A DNA stretch of 50,637 nucleotides, taken from the IMG/VR virus record IMGVR_UViG_3300027800_000005; one strand, given 5' to 3'. This document shows, one piece after another, positions 18,317 through 26,272 of the stretch (within the stretch, counting starts at the first letter, position 1; the number at the start of each line of letters is the position of its first letter). The notes beneath the pieces are model-generated. The model worked only from the letters and a program-made list of their open reading frames with translations. It searched no databases and was not told the origin of the DNA. The DNA is from a virus. Position numbers and translations under genes: made by a program.

Positions 18317-18979
18317 ATGGCAAAGAACGTACAGATTAACGGTGTAGATTATGCAAATGTAGCGAGTGTTAAACTTCCTTTAACAGCAAATCTTGAAACT
18401 TTTGCATTGTTCTACGACACAGACAGCGGAGACGCTGCGGCCGGGGATATTAGGACAGGCAAAAAGGCATGGGTTGATGGAGCCGAGGTTACCGGTAATG
18501 TACCAGAAAAGAGCGCTACCGATTTGTCGGCAGCAGGAAAGACTGTTACAGTTCCCGCAGGTATTTATAGTTCTGAAGCTCAAAAATCAGTTGCAGATGG
18601 TTCGGTTACACCAAACTTGACAGCATCCGGTACAGAAATAGGTGATACTGCTTCGAGTTATCCAATCACCCTCACACCAAAGGCAACCGTTGGAACTGCA
18701 GGCTATATTAGCACAATTTCAGATGGTTCAGCTGTTACTAAATATATTCAGACTGAGTCAAAGAATGCAACTCCGAGTGGTTCTGAACAGACTATTTCAC
18801 CTACGGCTGGAAAACTTTTGCATAGTGTGGTTGTTGCTGCTGTATCTTTGACTGGTGATGCTGCAGTTGGCAATGTTATTTCTGGCAAGACATTTTACGG
18901 TGCAGACCTGACTAAGAGAACAGGAACATTGACTATACCTACATTGTCACTTGCTCTTGGTGTGCTGACAATATCATAA
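18317..18979 (+). CDS. Receptor-binding / fiber paralog 1.
   Basis: 220 aa, RBS taaggagg. The N-terminal ~60 aa are shared with the next ORF (I.G..Y..V.S...P....F.DT...DA.A.DI..GK.A.V.G..VTG). Confidence 0.65.
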   Translation: MAKNVQINGVDYANVASVKLPLTANLETFALFYDTDSGDAAAGDIRTGKKAWVDGAEVTGNVPEKSATDLSAAGKTVTVPAGIYSSEAQKSVADGSVTPNLTASGTEIGDTASSYPITLTPKATVGTAGYISTISDGSAVTKYIQTESKNATPSGSEQTISPTAGKLLHSVVVAAVSLTGDAAVGNVISGKTFYGADLTKRTGTLTIPTLSLALGVLTIS

Positions 18980-18989
18980 GGAGGAAATT

Positions 18990-19700
18990 ATGGCACAAGA
19001 TTTAGTTATCAATAGTGTTGGTTACAATTCGGTAACATCACTTTCAATTCCAAAATCTGGTGGTGGTAGTGCTGTGTTTCCTGATACATCAGATGCAGAT
19101 GCGGTTGCTGCTGATATTGCAACAGGCAAAACTGCTTATGTCAATGGAGAGAAGATAACAGGAAGCGCTGCCGGTGGTGTTGATTCTGGTGTATCATGGG
19201 ACGCAGTGAGCGGCGGAATGGTGACAGAAGTCACGATATACGGAACGAAGATTGAACTCTATGCGTTTTATCAATACACATCATTGGCAACTGTGCACAT
19301 GGATACCGTCACTGAAATTAAAAAAGGTGCGTTCACCAACAACACATCATTGGCGTTGACGGCATTGCATAATGGGCTTCAGATTATAGGGGAAAATGCT
19401 TTTTATTCATGCACAGCATTGAATATTACAAAGATTCCAACAACCGTGACGACGATTGGGCCAACTGCATTTAGGGGGTGTGCGACGTTTCGCAAAATCT
19501 GGATTCCTAGTTCGGTCACAACTATCACGGCGGCAACCTATAACGTCGCGCCTTTTTACGCTTGCGACGCGGCGCTGGTGCTCTATTGCGAAGCGGCAAG
19601 CAAGCCCGCGGGATGGAGCGTAAACTGGGCTTACAGGGCAACGGGGTCCCAATTCACGGTCAACTGGGGTACAACAGAAGCCGCGTTTGACGCACTATAA
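18990..19700 (+). CDS. Receptor-binding / fiber paralog 2 with a BspA-type leucine-rich-repeat C-terminal domain.
   Basis: 236 aa, RBS taaggagg. It shares the N-terminus of 18317-18979. LRR_5-like units I..GAF.N.TSL, IGENAFYSCTAL, IGPTAFRGC, IPSSVTTI. The 3' end is GC-rich. Confidence 0.75.
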   Translation: MAQDLVINSVGYNSVTSLSIPKSGGGSAVFPDTSDADAVAADIATGKTAYVNGEKITGSAAGGVDSGVSWDAVSGGMVTEVTIYGTKIELYAFYQYTSLATVHMDTVTEIKKGAFTNNTSLALTALHNGLQIIGENAFYSCTALNITKIPTTVTTIGPTAFRGCATFRKIWIPSSVTTITAATYNVAPFYACDAALVLYCEAASKPAGWSVNWAYRATGSQFTVNWGTTEAAFDAL

Positions 19701-19722
19701 ACAAAAGAAGGCAGATGGAGAT

Positions 19723-20457
19723 ATGACAAACATTGATTTCAAAGAATTTTGCAAGAAGGCACTCAAAAAGCCTGTGATGTATATGTGGGGTACCTTTGGC
19801 AATCCTATCACAGAAAAACTGATTGCATACAAATCTACACAGTCACCAACGTACGCAAAACATTATTCTGCAGCATATCAAAAAGACCTTCGCGATGAAA
19901 TTGATAAAGGAATTGGATGTGATTGTACTGGACTCATAAAATGGTTTTTGTGGACTGGTGGAGACATCGAAAAATTGCCAAAGTATGACAAGAATACAGA
20001 CAATGCTGCATCTGGTTGGTATAACGTGGCAATAGTTCGTGGATTGATTGCCACAATGCCTGAACAAACTGGTTTAATACTTTCATATTCTGGCCATTGC
20101 GGGGTGTATGTTGGTAATGGTAATGTGATTGAATGTACTCGCGGCGAATTTGGTAATGGAGTTGTGCAGACAAAGATTACAGACAGAAAATGGGAGAAAT
20201 GGTGCCAGTGCCCATATATTACTTATGTCGTAGACTATTGTATAGATGATATAAAAGTTAAGACATGTGCTGTTAGGGTAACACAAGATTGCCCGACTTA
20301 TGCTACAATTAACTTAAGCCAAAAATACGGTACTGTTTATTACGAAGACGAAGTTCAACTAATTGGTGTGATTGGCAGAGTTGCTGCCATCATATATCCG
20401 ACTGCTGCAACCTTAAAGATTGCATTTGTCGAAAAAGATTTTATAAGGAGAGTGTAA
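19723..20457 (+). CDS. Endolysin: NlpC/P60-type cysteine peptidase with a C-terminal SH3-like wall-binding region.
   Basis: Catalytic Cys motif GIGCDCTGLIKWF and His motif GHCGVYVGNGNVIECT. ATG at 19723 follows ggag (the track start at 19687 lies inside the upstream gene). A holin gene follows. Confidence 0.8.
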   Translation: MTNIDFKEFCKKALKKPVMYMWGTFGNPITEKLIAYKSTQSPTYAKHYSAAYQKDLRDEIDKGIGCDCTGLIKWFLWTGGDIEKLPKYDKNTDNAASGWYNVAIVRGLIATMPEQTGLILSYSGHCGVYVGNGNVIECTRGEFGNGVVQTKITDRKWEKWCQCPYITYVVDYCIDDIKVKTCAVRVTQDCPTYATINLSQKYGTVYYEDEVQLIGVIGRVAAIIYPTAATLKIAFVEKDFIRRV

Positions 20458-20463
20458 AGCATT

Positions 20464-20655
20464 ATGTGGAAAAACATCTGGCAGAGGATTCAATCTCCGG
20501 TAGTCATCGGACAAATTGTGACCATCGTAGTCGGTGGGCTTGTTTTGCTGGCACCGCAGGTTGAACCTACAGCAAAAATCATTACAGGAGTAATTATGGC
20601 ATTACTCAACTTATTTGCAGGGCTCAATAATCCGACAGATAAAAAAGACTTCTAG
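20464..20655 (+). CDS. Holin.
   Basis: 63 aa, two hydrophobic segments, charged C-terminus NNPTDKKDF. Adjacent to the endolysin gene. Confidence 0.7.
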   Translation: MWKNIWQRIQSPVVIGQIVTIVVGGLVLLAPQVEPTAKIITGVIMALLNLFAGLNNPTDKKDF

Positions 20656-20736
20656 GAGGTGGTCCAAGTTCTGCAAGCAAAATGAGGGAGAACCCATGGC
20701 ATATTTATAAAAAAAGACAGAAAGGTAAATATCATT

Positions 20737-21045
20737 ATGGATATGGAACTTGTTGCGGTAATAATTAGCAGTGGCGCGATGTCTGCCATTATAGGAGGGG
20801 TTTTCGGTTGTATTCAGAACAGTCGAGGCTGGAAGAAAAAGGTTTTCGGAGTACTACAGATTATTCTATACGACCGAATAAAATATCTTTGTCGAAAGTA
20901 TATAGGGGCGGGCGAGATTTCAGGCGAAGACCTTGAGGACCTAATTATTATGCACAAGAAGTACCATGATGATTTGGATGGCAATGGGTATTTCGATGAA
21001 TTGATGTTGGAGGTGAAAGCCTTAAACAGAACAAAAAAAGATTAG
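20737..21045 (+). CDS. Membrane-anchored hypothetical protein (end of the lysis cassette).
   Basis: 102 aa with one N-terminal hydrophobic helix (LVAVIISSGAMSAIIGGVFGCI). Weak RBS. Confidence 0.5.
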   Translation: MDMELVAVIISSGAMSAIIGGVFGCIQNSRGWKKKVFGVLQIILYDRIKYLCRKYIGAGEISGEDLEDLIIMHKKYHDDLDGNGYFDELMLEVKALNRTKKD

Positions 21046-21054
21046 AAAAAATAG

Positions 21055-21083
21055 TTGACAAGGCATTATATCTGTGATATAAT
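21055..21083 (+). promoter_or_regulatory. Consensus promoter P2.
   Basis: TTGACA 21055-60, 17-bp spacer, TG 21075-76, TATAAT 21078-83. A 7-bp hairpin at 21092-21110 begins 9 nt after the -10 element. Confidence 0.8.
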
Positions 21084-21130
21084 AGCTATAAGAGATGAGC
21101 AAATCGTCTCAAAATTAGGAGGTAGAAACC

Positions 21131-21424
21131 ATGACAATCAAAAATTTGACCATCAACAAACTCACCAATGCAGAGCTTGATGACTTGGGTTGCTTCGGGA
21201 TTGGTATTATGCTTTATGCGGGACAATTGAAAACAATGGTTAAGGGATTCAAAACTTGTAGCCTTGACGGTAACGGAAATATCTCGTTTGAGAACGAGAT
21301 GGAAGACTACAGACATGAGTTTATCAAGACGCTTGATGGATACGCATATCGTATTTACGACCAGATTAGGGGTGAATATTTCAAGCAAGTTCAACCCACC
21401 GAAGGATTGATATTTATTAGGTAA
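21131..21424 (+). CDS. Early hypothetical protein (97 aa), first cistron of ribozyme unit 1.
   Basis: RBS aggaggtagaaaccATG. The stop TAA at 21422-24 lies directly before hammerhead candidate 1. Confidence 0.7.
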   Translation: MTIKNLTINKLTNAELDDLGCFGIGIMLYAGQLKTMVKGFKTCSLDGNGNISFENEMEDYRHEFIKTLDGYAYRIYDQIRGEYFKQVQPTEGLIFIR

Positions 21425-21425
21425 A

Positions 21426-21481
21426 GCCGAAACCGGGGAAACCCGGTCTGCTGAGGAATAACTTCCCAGTACTGATGAGGC
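21426..21481 (+). ncRNA. Hammerhead ribozyme candidate HH1 (stem-II-open, type II topology). Predicted cleavage after C21448.
   Basis: GCC, GAAA (21429-32), stem III CCGGG[GAAA]CCCGG, UC, stem I (21449-71), CUGAUGA (21472-78), GGC. The full conserved core is present in the correct order. Covaries with HH2. Confidence 0.7.
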
Positions 21482-21508
21482 AGGTTAACAAATTAGGAGG
21501 TTGAAACT

Positions 21509-21640
21509 ATGGTATTCGCGATTTTGGTTATTGGCGGGTTGTGTTTTTGTCTTGGTATTTTATATCCATTGATAGCAATTATTGGGTATAAAATATTTGG
21601 TGGCAAGAAGTCTATTGCACAATATATCAAGACTTTGTAA
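21509..21640 (+). CDS. Small hydrophobic peptide (43 aa, not in the track).
   Basis: RBS aggaggttgaaactATG. Sequence MVFAILVIGGLCFCLGILYPLIAIIGYKIFGGKKSIAQYIKTL, with TAA at 21638-40. Confidence 0.55.
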   Translation: MVFAILVIGGLCFCLGILYPLIAIIGYKIFGGKKSIAQYIKTL

Positions 21641-21659
21641 AAAGCAGGAGGTAGAAACT

Positions 21660-21857
21660 ATGGTTCATTATAAATGTCAATTTTGTGGGCAAATGCAACA
21701 CTCCTCAAGCGAAGAAATGGAACAAGAAGGTTGTTTATACTGTGGCAGAATGGCAATAAAAATTGTCAAGGAACAAGACTACAAGAAGAGAATAAAACAG
21801 GAGGCAGAAACCAATGAAAATCTACGAAATAGTGGTTTGCTTAAGGTCGGGAACTAG
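21660..21857 (+). CDS. Zinc-ribbon protein (65 aa).
   Basis: RBS aggaggtagaaactATG at 21660 (the track start at 21582 is upstream of the RBS). CQFCG...CLYCG gives a CxxC-x17-CxxC pattern. Confidence 0.6.
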   Translation: MVHYKCQFCGQMQHSSSEEMEQEGCLYCGRMAIKIVKEQDYKKRIKQEAETNENLRNSGLLKVGN

Positions 21858-23145
21858 TAGTAAGGTTGCACTTGAAATTGTTGAGCAAAATACAAAATGT
21901 CACGAAACACTTCGTTTTCTTTGTAACCCATACATAAAGACAGGGTTGTGCCACGTAAAGGCACTTCATGAAGATTCTTTATTGTGCAGCGATTCGCAAG
22001 ACACCGACTATTTGGTAGAACTTCTTTTGGAGTATTTTTCAAGTTGTGGACCAGATGGTAACAGAGCTGAAAAAGAGGACTATGCAAAGACAATCTACGA
22101 ATACGGCCCGGATGATGAAGACTGGAAGTGGTTCGTTGAATTGGTTGCAACACACGGTAATAGTTCTGCATTTGGTGTAGGTCCACAAACATTAAGAAAG
22201 GCCGGCATTAATGTTCCTAGTTTTGGATGCCAATTGGGTGTTAAACTGCAAGATGTTGGTTCTGATTCTTGGCTTTGTACCAACGGCTACAGACAACATC
22301 ATTGGAGAATTACGGAGAAGATAGACGGAACTCGCAGATTGTTTATCAAGAATAAAGGCAAGGTTGAGGCATATAGTAGGAGTGGTAAAAAAGACGATAA
22401 ACTCAAACACATTACGGATTGGTTTGAGTCGAAAACAATTCCAGACAATAGGATTTACGATTGCGAATTAGTTGATGGTGATATGTATGACAACTGGAAA
22501 GAGGGTTACCAATCTTTTGAATTAAGAGCCAAGTCGATTGGTAAGGCCGCCAGAAAATCGAGCGACAACACATCGTTGATTGCAATATGTTTTGATTATT
22601 ATGACTTTGAAAAACCACATGACAACACAGTCATTCGTACTATTGAACTCAAGAGGATATTCAGAGAAAACCAACAGGATGGTCCAGTTCGACTTGTTAA
22701 GATATTTGGCAAGATGGATGGGTACGAGCGAGACAAACTGGATAGCACGCTCAAAACTGTGCTAGACCGCGGCGGAGAAGGCTTAATGCTTCAAGAACTT
22801 GGCAGTTCGTACGTTTTTGAGAGAACTCCAAACCTTATAAAAGTTAAACGACTGGAAGACTACACGGGAAAAATAGTTAAAGTCGTACCGGGAAGAATAG
22901 GAACGAGATTGGAAAATCTTATGTCTGCAATCCTTTGCGAAGTAGACGGTTGCGATAGTATGGTTTATGTCGGCACAGGACTTAGCGATTATGATAGAGA
23001 ATTATTTGCTAAGTATGCTGACGAACTTATCGGAGCTAAGGTTGAAATAGAGGCATTTTCCAAAACAATAAACAAAGACGGAAAAACATCATTGTGCTTT
23101 CCAGTGTTTAAGAGATGCCACCATAAAATATTTAAGGAGAGCTGA
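21814..23145 (+). CDS. ATP-dependent DNA ligase (nucleotidyltransferase superfamily) with an N-terminal extension.
   Basis: Motif I TEKIDGTR, motif IV GEGLMLQ, motif V LIKVKR. RBS aggaggcagaaaccaATG. Confidence 0.7.
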   Translation: MKIYEIVVCLRSGTSSKVALEIVEQNTKCHETLRFLCNPYIKTGLCHVKALHEDSLLCSDSQDTDYLVELLLEYFSSCGPDGNRAEKEDYAKTIYEYGPDDEDWKWFVELVATHGNSSAFGVGPQTLRKAGINVPSFGCQLGVKLQDVGSDSWLCTNGYRQHHWRITEKIDGTRRLFIKNKGKVEAYSRSGKKDDKLKHITDWFESKTIPDNRIYDCELVDGDMYDNWKEGYQSFELRAKSIGKAARKSSDNTSLIAICFDYYDFEKPHDNTVIRTIELKRIFRENQQDGPVRLVKIFGKMDGYERDKLDSTLKTVLDRGGEGLMLQELGSSYVFERTPNLIKVKRLEDYTGKIVKVVPGRIGTRLENLMSAILCEVDGCDSMVYVGTGLSDYDRELFAKYADELIGAKVEIEAFSKTINKDGKTSLCFPVFKRCHHKIFKES

Positions 23146-23146
23146 A

Positions 23147-23389
23147 ATGGAGAACAAAACATATTCTATCGGAGACACGCTGGCAGTTATGCGTGGTAAG
23201 AAGGCAGTATCATGCCAAGTTATTGAAAAAGGGATTGGCGAAACGAAGAATGGAACTACCATTACGTTTCAAGATGAACAGGTTATTTGGAGATTGGGGG
23301 CTAACAAGAAGTGGCCAAACTTTGTACACCAAGCATTCAGGGGAGAACTAGCCGAAAGGAATGATAACAATGCCGGAACAAAAACCTAA
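23147..23389 (+). CDS. Hypothetical protein (80 aa).
   Basis: RBS taaggagag. Tightly packed behind the ligase gene. Confidence 0.55.
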   Translation: MENKTYSIGDTLAVMRGKKAVSCQVIEKGIGETKNGTTITFQDEQVIWRLGANKKWPNFVHQAFRGELAERNDNNAGTKT

Positions 23390-23900
23390 AAAATTAGTTG
23401 GGTTCAGTGCAGAAAAAATATCAGAACGAGTTGCCAAAGAAGCTATTTTGATGGCATACGAATGTGAGAAGATTTCTGGACAAGAATTACTTAAGGCCGA
23501 TGAATACAAAAACAAAGCATATAAGTACCTCACAAACAAAAACCTGAAACACCTCGATGTAGAGGCTGCAGATAAAACTATAAGATTTCAGTCTGCAGAG
23601 AGAACTAACGTAACATATTTCCTTGATAAACTAAAGCAATCTTTGAGTATGCCTGTTCTACGTGAAGTTGTCATGAAGAAATACGAAGTCAAGGATATCG
23701 AGTTGCTCAAGGCTACAATGCAAAAATACAATGTTCCAGCAGATATTCTGAAAGATTGCTTGTCGATAACAGAAACTGTTGACAGAACAAGAATGGATGA
23801 ATTATTTAAAGCCGGACATATTACTATTGAACAACTGGAAGGTTGTTACAAACTGTCTACGAGCACATCATTAACATTAAAGGAGCTAGATAATAAATAG
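23370..23900 (+). CDS. Hypothetical protein (176 aa; alternative start at 23361).
   Basis: gaaagga lies 9 nt upstream of the ATG at 23370. No motif recognised. Confidence 0.55.
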   Translation: MPEQKPKKLVGFSAEKISERVAKEAILMAYECEKISGQELLKADEYKNKAYKYLTNKNLKHLDVEAADKTIRFQSAERTNVTYFLDKLKQSLSMPVLREVVMKKYEVKDIELLKATMQKYNVPADILKDCLSITETVDRTRMDELFKAGHITIEQLEGCYKLSTSTSLTLKELDNK

Positions 23901-23912
23901 GAGGCAGTAGCC

Positions 23913-24857
23913 ATGACTGATTATAATTCACCAGTGTTTATGGCAAAGGTTCTTGATGCATATAATATAGACTTTACGCAAAACAAGGTTGTTTGTCCTT
24001 TTCATGGTGACGTAAACCCCAGTATGAGTATTGACTTGGCAAAAAGCAGAGTATATTGTTTTGGGTGTCAAAAATCATATAGTGCTACACAATTCATAGA
24101 GGCTGCCGAACCAAAGATGAATAGACTACAAGTTTACAAGCGTATGGCAGAGATAGAAAACGGCATCAAGATTGACCTTAAACCACAACATATCAGAAAC
24201 AATAGTGATTGTGATTTCGTACAGTTGAGAATACAAGCAGAAGATTACTACTATAATCTACCAAAAACTGATTGGGCACATGGTGAGTGGACAGAAGAGC
24301 TTGACTATATGACCAAACGTGGTTTTACTACAGAGATTCTGAATAAATGTGGAGCTAAACTAAACTACAATGGCTGGTACCCGATTATTTTTCCTATAAT
24401 GGATAATGGAAAATTTAAAGGTTGGGTTTGTAGAACTACCAGAAAAGATATAGAGGCAAAAAGAAAGTACCTATACAATACTGGGTTCAGACGTTCTACG
24501 TGCGTGTGCGGGCGATACAACAGGGACAACCAGCTAATCGTAGTCGAGGGGTATATGGATATGCTTAAACTAAGGCAAGCAGGACTGACAAATGTTGTTG
24601 CATTGCTTGGTTGGAAGGCTAGTCAAGAGCAGGTTCAGATGATTAAAACTGTAGGCATTAAACACATTATTTCTGCATTGGACAATGACGAGAGTGGAAT
24701 TAAGGGCGATGCACATTTACGGACTTTAGGATTCGATTCAGTAGTGCGATGGCAGTTTGGTGCAGGCCATAAAGACCCTGGTGACCAGACAGCTAGCGAA
24801 ATAAAAAATATTTATAAAAAACTAAAAATAAGTGTTGACAAAGCAAATCGGATGTGA
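23913..24857 (+). CDS. dnaG: DNA primase (CHC2 zinc finger + TOPRIM).
   Basis: CPFHGDVNPSMSI....VYCFGCQ zinc finger. TOPRIM motifs VVEGYMD and DNDESG. Confidence 0.85.
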   Translation: MTDYNSPVFMAKVLDAYNIDFTQNKVVCPFHGDVNPSMSIDLAKSRVYCFGCQKSYSATQFIEAAEPKMNRLQVYKRMAEIENGIKIDLKPQHIRNNSDCDFVQLRIQAEDYYYNLPKTDWAHGEWTEELDYMTKRGFTTEILNKCGAKLNYNGWYPIIFPIMDNGKFKGWVCRTTRKDIEAKRKYLYNTGFRRSTCVCGRYNRDNQLIVVEGYMDMLKLRQAGLTNVVALLGWKASQEQVQMIKTVGIKHIISALDNDESGIKGDAHLRTLGFDSVVRWQFGAGHKDPGDQTASEIKNIYKKLKISVDKANRM

Positions 24858-24863
24858 TATAAT
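24835..24863 (+). promoter_or_regulatory. Consensus promoter P3, overlapping the primase 3' end.
   Basis: TTGACA 24835-40, 17-bp spacer, TG 24855-56, TATAAT 24858-63. An 8-bp hairpin at 24872-24894 begins 9 nt after the -10 element. Confidence 0.8.
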
Positions 24864-24915
24864 TGATATAGAGATTGAGGATTGCACTCAATCTACTACG
24901 TAGGAGGTAGAAACC

Positions 24916-25203
24916 ATGAAAATTTACAAACAAGCTGTCATCGAGCTGGACTTTCCAGAACGTCCAGAACTTCATTCCATTGTTACCTTTACCTTGACGG
25001 ACTCAAAAGCGTTTCAGTACGGAAACCAGACTATCTTGCTGGTTGACCAGGTTTGCGAAATGCCGGATTTTAATGAACAGAAAGCAATCGACACGCGGTA
25101 TTCGGACATTAGCAATTTTGATAAACTGTGCTTGGATTGGTTGAAACACGAAAAGCTCAAGCACACGGCCAAAGTTCTGATTAGCTCCAAAAAGCTCTGG
25201 TAA
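24916..25203 (+). CDS. Early hypothetical protein (95 aa), first cistron of ribozyme unit 2.
   Basis: RBS aggaggtagaaaccATG, identical to that of 21131. Confidence 0.7.
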   Translation: MKIYKQAVIELDFPERPELHSIVTFTLTDSKAFQYGNQTILLVDQVCEMPDFNEQKAIDTRYSDISNFDKLCLDWLKHEKLKHTAKVLISSKKLW

Positions 25204-25218
25204 AATCGAATAAGCAAA

Positions 25219-25272
25219 GCCGAAACTGGGGGTAACCCCAGTCTACTGGATATATACCAGTACTGATGAGGC
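25219..25272 (+). ncRNA. Hammerhead ribozyme candidate HH2 (stem-II-open). Predicted cleavage after C25243.
   Basis: GCC, GAAA (25222-25), stem III CUGGGG[GUAA]CCCCAG, UC, stem I UACUGG[AUAUAUA]CCAGUA, CUGAUGA (25263-69), GGC. Confidence 0.75.
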
Positions 25273-25293
25273 AGAAAACAGGAGGTTGAAACT

Positions 25294-25470
25294 ATGACAC
25301 ATGCAGTAGGAACTAGGACAAGCGTTCGTGGTAACATGAGGGTTTATCTGGCAATAAAAAAACAAATTGACACATTGAGATACCTTGGTATTAAGCTGGG
25401 GAAAACCTGGTTTATACATATTTATTTTAAGGGAGGCTACCTACTATGGCAGTTAAAGTCGGGTTGCTGA
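25294..25470 (+). CDS. Small hypothetical protein (58 aa, not in the track).
   Basis: RBS aggaggttgaaactATG, identical to those of 21509 and 40732. Open to TGA at 25468-70, overlapping the next gene start. Confidence 0.45.
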   Translation: MTHAVGTRTSVRGNMRVYLAIKKQIDTLRYLGIKLGKTWFIHIYFKGGYLLWQLKSGC

Positions 25471-26234
25471 GTGCAATCAAAAAAGACGTCGAGAAAACTG
25501 GTTCTAGCAGAGGCAAATTCTTCTATGTCAAGAGCGGAGCTAAAGCGAGAATTCGTTTCTTGGAGGACATGGACAACGGCAGGGTTGTGCATATGCATGA
25601 CAGATGGGACCCTCAACTGAAGGTACCGTGTGAGAAGAACCGAGACGAAGACGCAGAATGCCGTTATTGCGGCGTTGAAGGAGTTAGAAACAGAGATACC
25701 TATGCATGGTCGGTATGGGACTATGATGCGAACGAAGTCAAGATATTCATGTACCCGGCTAATCAGTGTACACCGGTACCTGGATTGGTTGCATTGTACG
25801 AGACGTACGGCACTATCATTGACAGAGACTTCAGTGTTTCGCGGTCTGGGAATGGTACGGCTACATCGTATAGCCTGATACCGCTTGACAAGACAAAATT
25901 CAGAAACGAAAACGCCAAACCGTTTACTGACAAACTGTTTTGGAAGGCAATCAACGACGGCTATCCCGCACCTGATGGCGAAAAGGCCGAGGTTGAGGAT
26001 GATGAAGATGAAAAACCTGCAAAGGTAAAACCGGCTCCTGATAAAACCGAAAAGGTTCTCGCAGATGCCGAGGAAACCAGCTACGAAGATATGACTCCGA
26101 AGGAATTATATTCGTTGTGCAAGGTTCGTGACATCTTAGTAAAGACTCAGATGGAGGCAGAGTACTACATCAAAAAGCTTGAGAAATATGACCTTGAACA
26201 CGGTGACGATGAGTTCTGGGGAGACGACGAATAG
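25446..26234 (+). CDS. T4 gp32-like zinc-containing single-stranded DNA-binding protein.
   Basis: The spacing H-x13-C-x9-C-x2-C (HMHDRWDPQLKVPCEKNRDEDAECRYCG) reproduces the gp32 His64/Cys77/Cys87/Cys90 zinc-ligand spacing. Acidic C-terminus EFWGDDE. Confidence 0.6.
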   Translation: MAVKVGLLSAIKKDVEKTGSSRGKFFYVKSGAKARIRFLEDMDNGRVVHMHDRWDPQLKVPCEKNRDEDAECRYCGVEGVRNRDTYAWSVWDYDANEVKIFMYPANQCTPVPGLVALYETYGTIIDRDFSVSRSGNGTATSYSLIPLDKTKFRNENAKPFTDKLFWKAINDGYPAPDGEKAEVEDDEDEKPAKVKPAPDKTEKVLADAEETSYEDMTPKELYSLCKVRDILVKTQMEAEYYIKKLEKYDLEHGDDEFWGDDE

Positions 26235-26272
26235 CAATATTCGATTTGAAAAACAAGAAAGGCAGATGACCT

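Noticed and set aside
18317-19700. A diversity-generating retroelement targeting the fiber paralogs.
   Set aside because: No reverse transcriptase ORF and no template/variable repeat pair with adenine-specific differences is present. The similarity between the paralogs is at the conserved N-terminus, not in a variable C-terminal patch.
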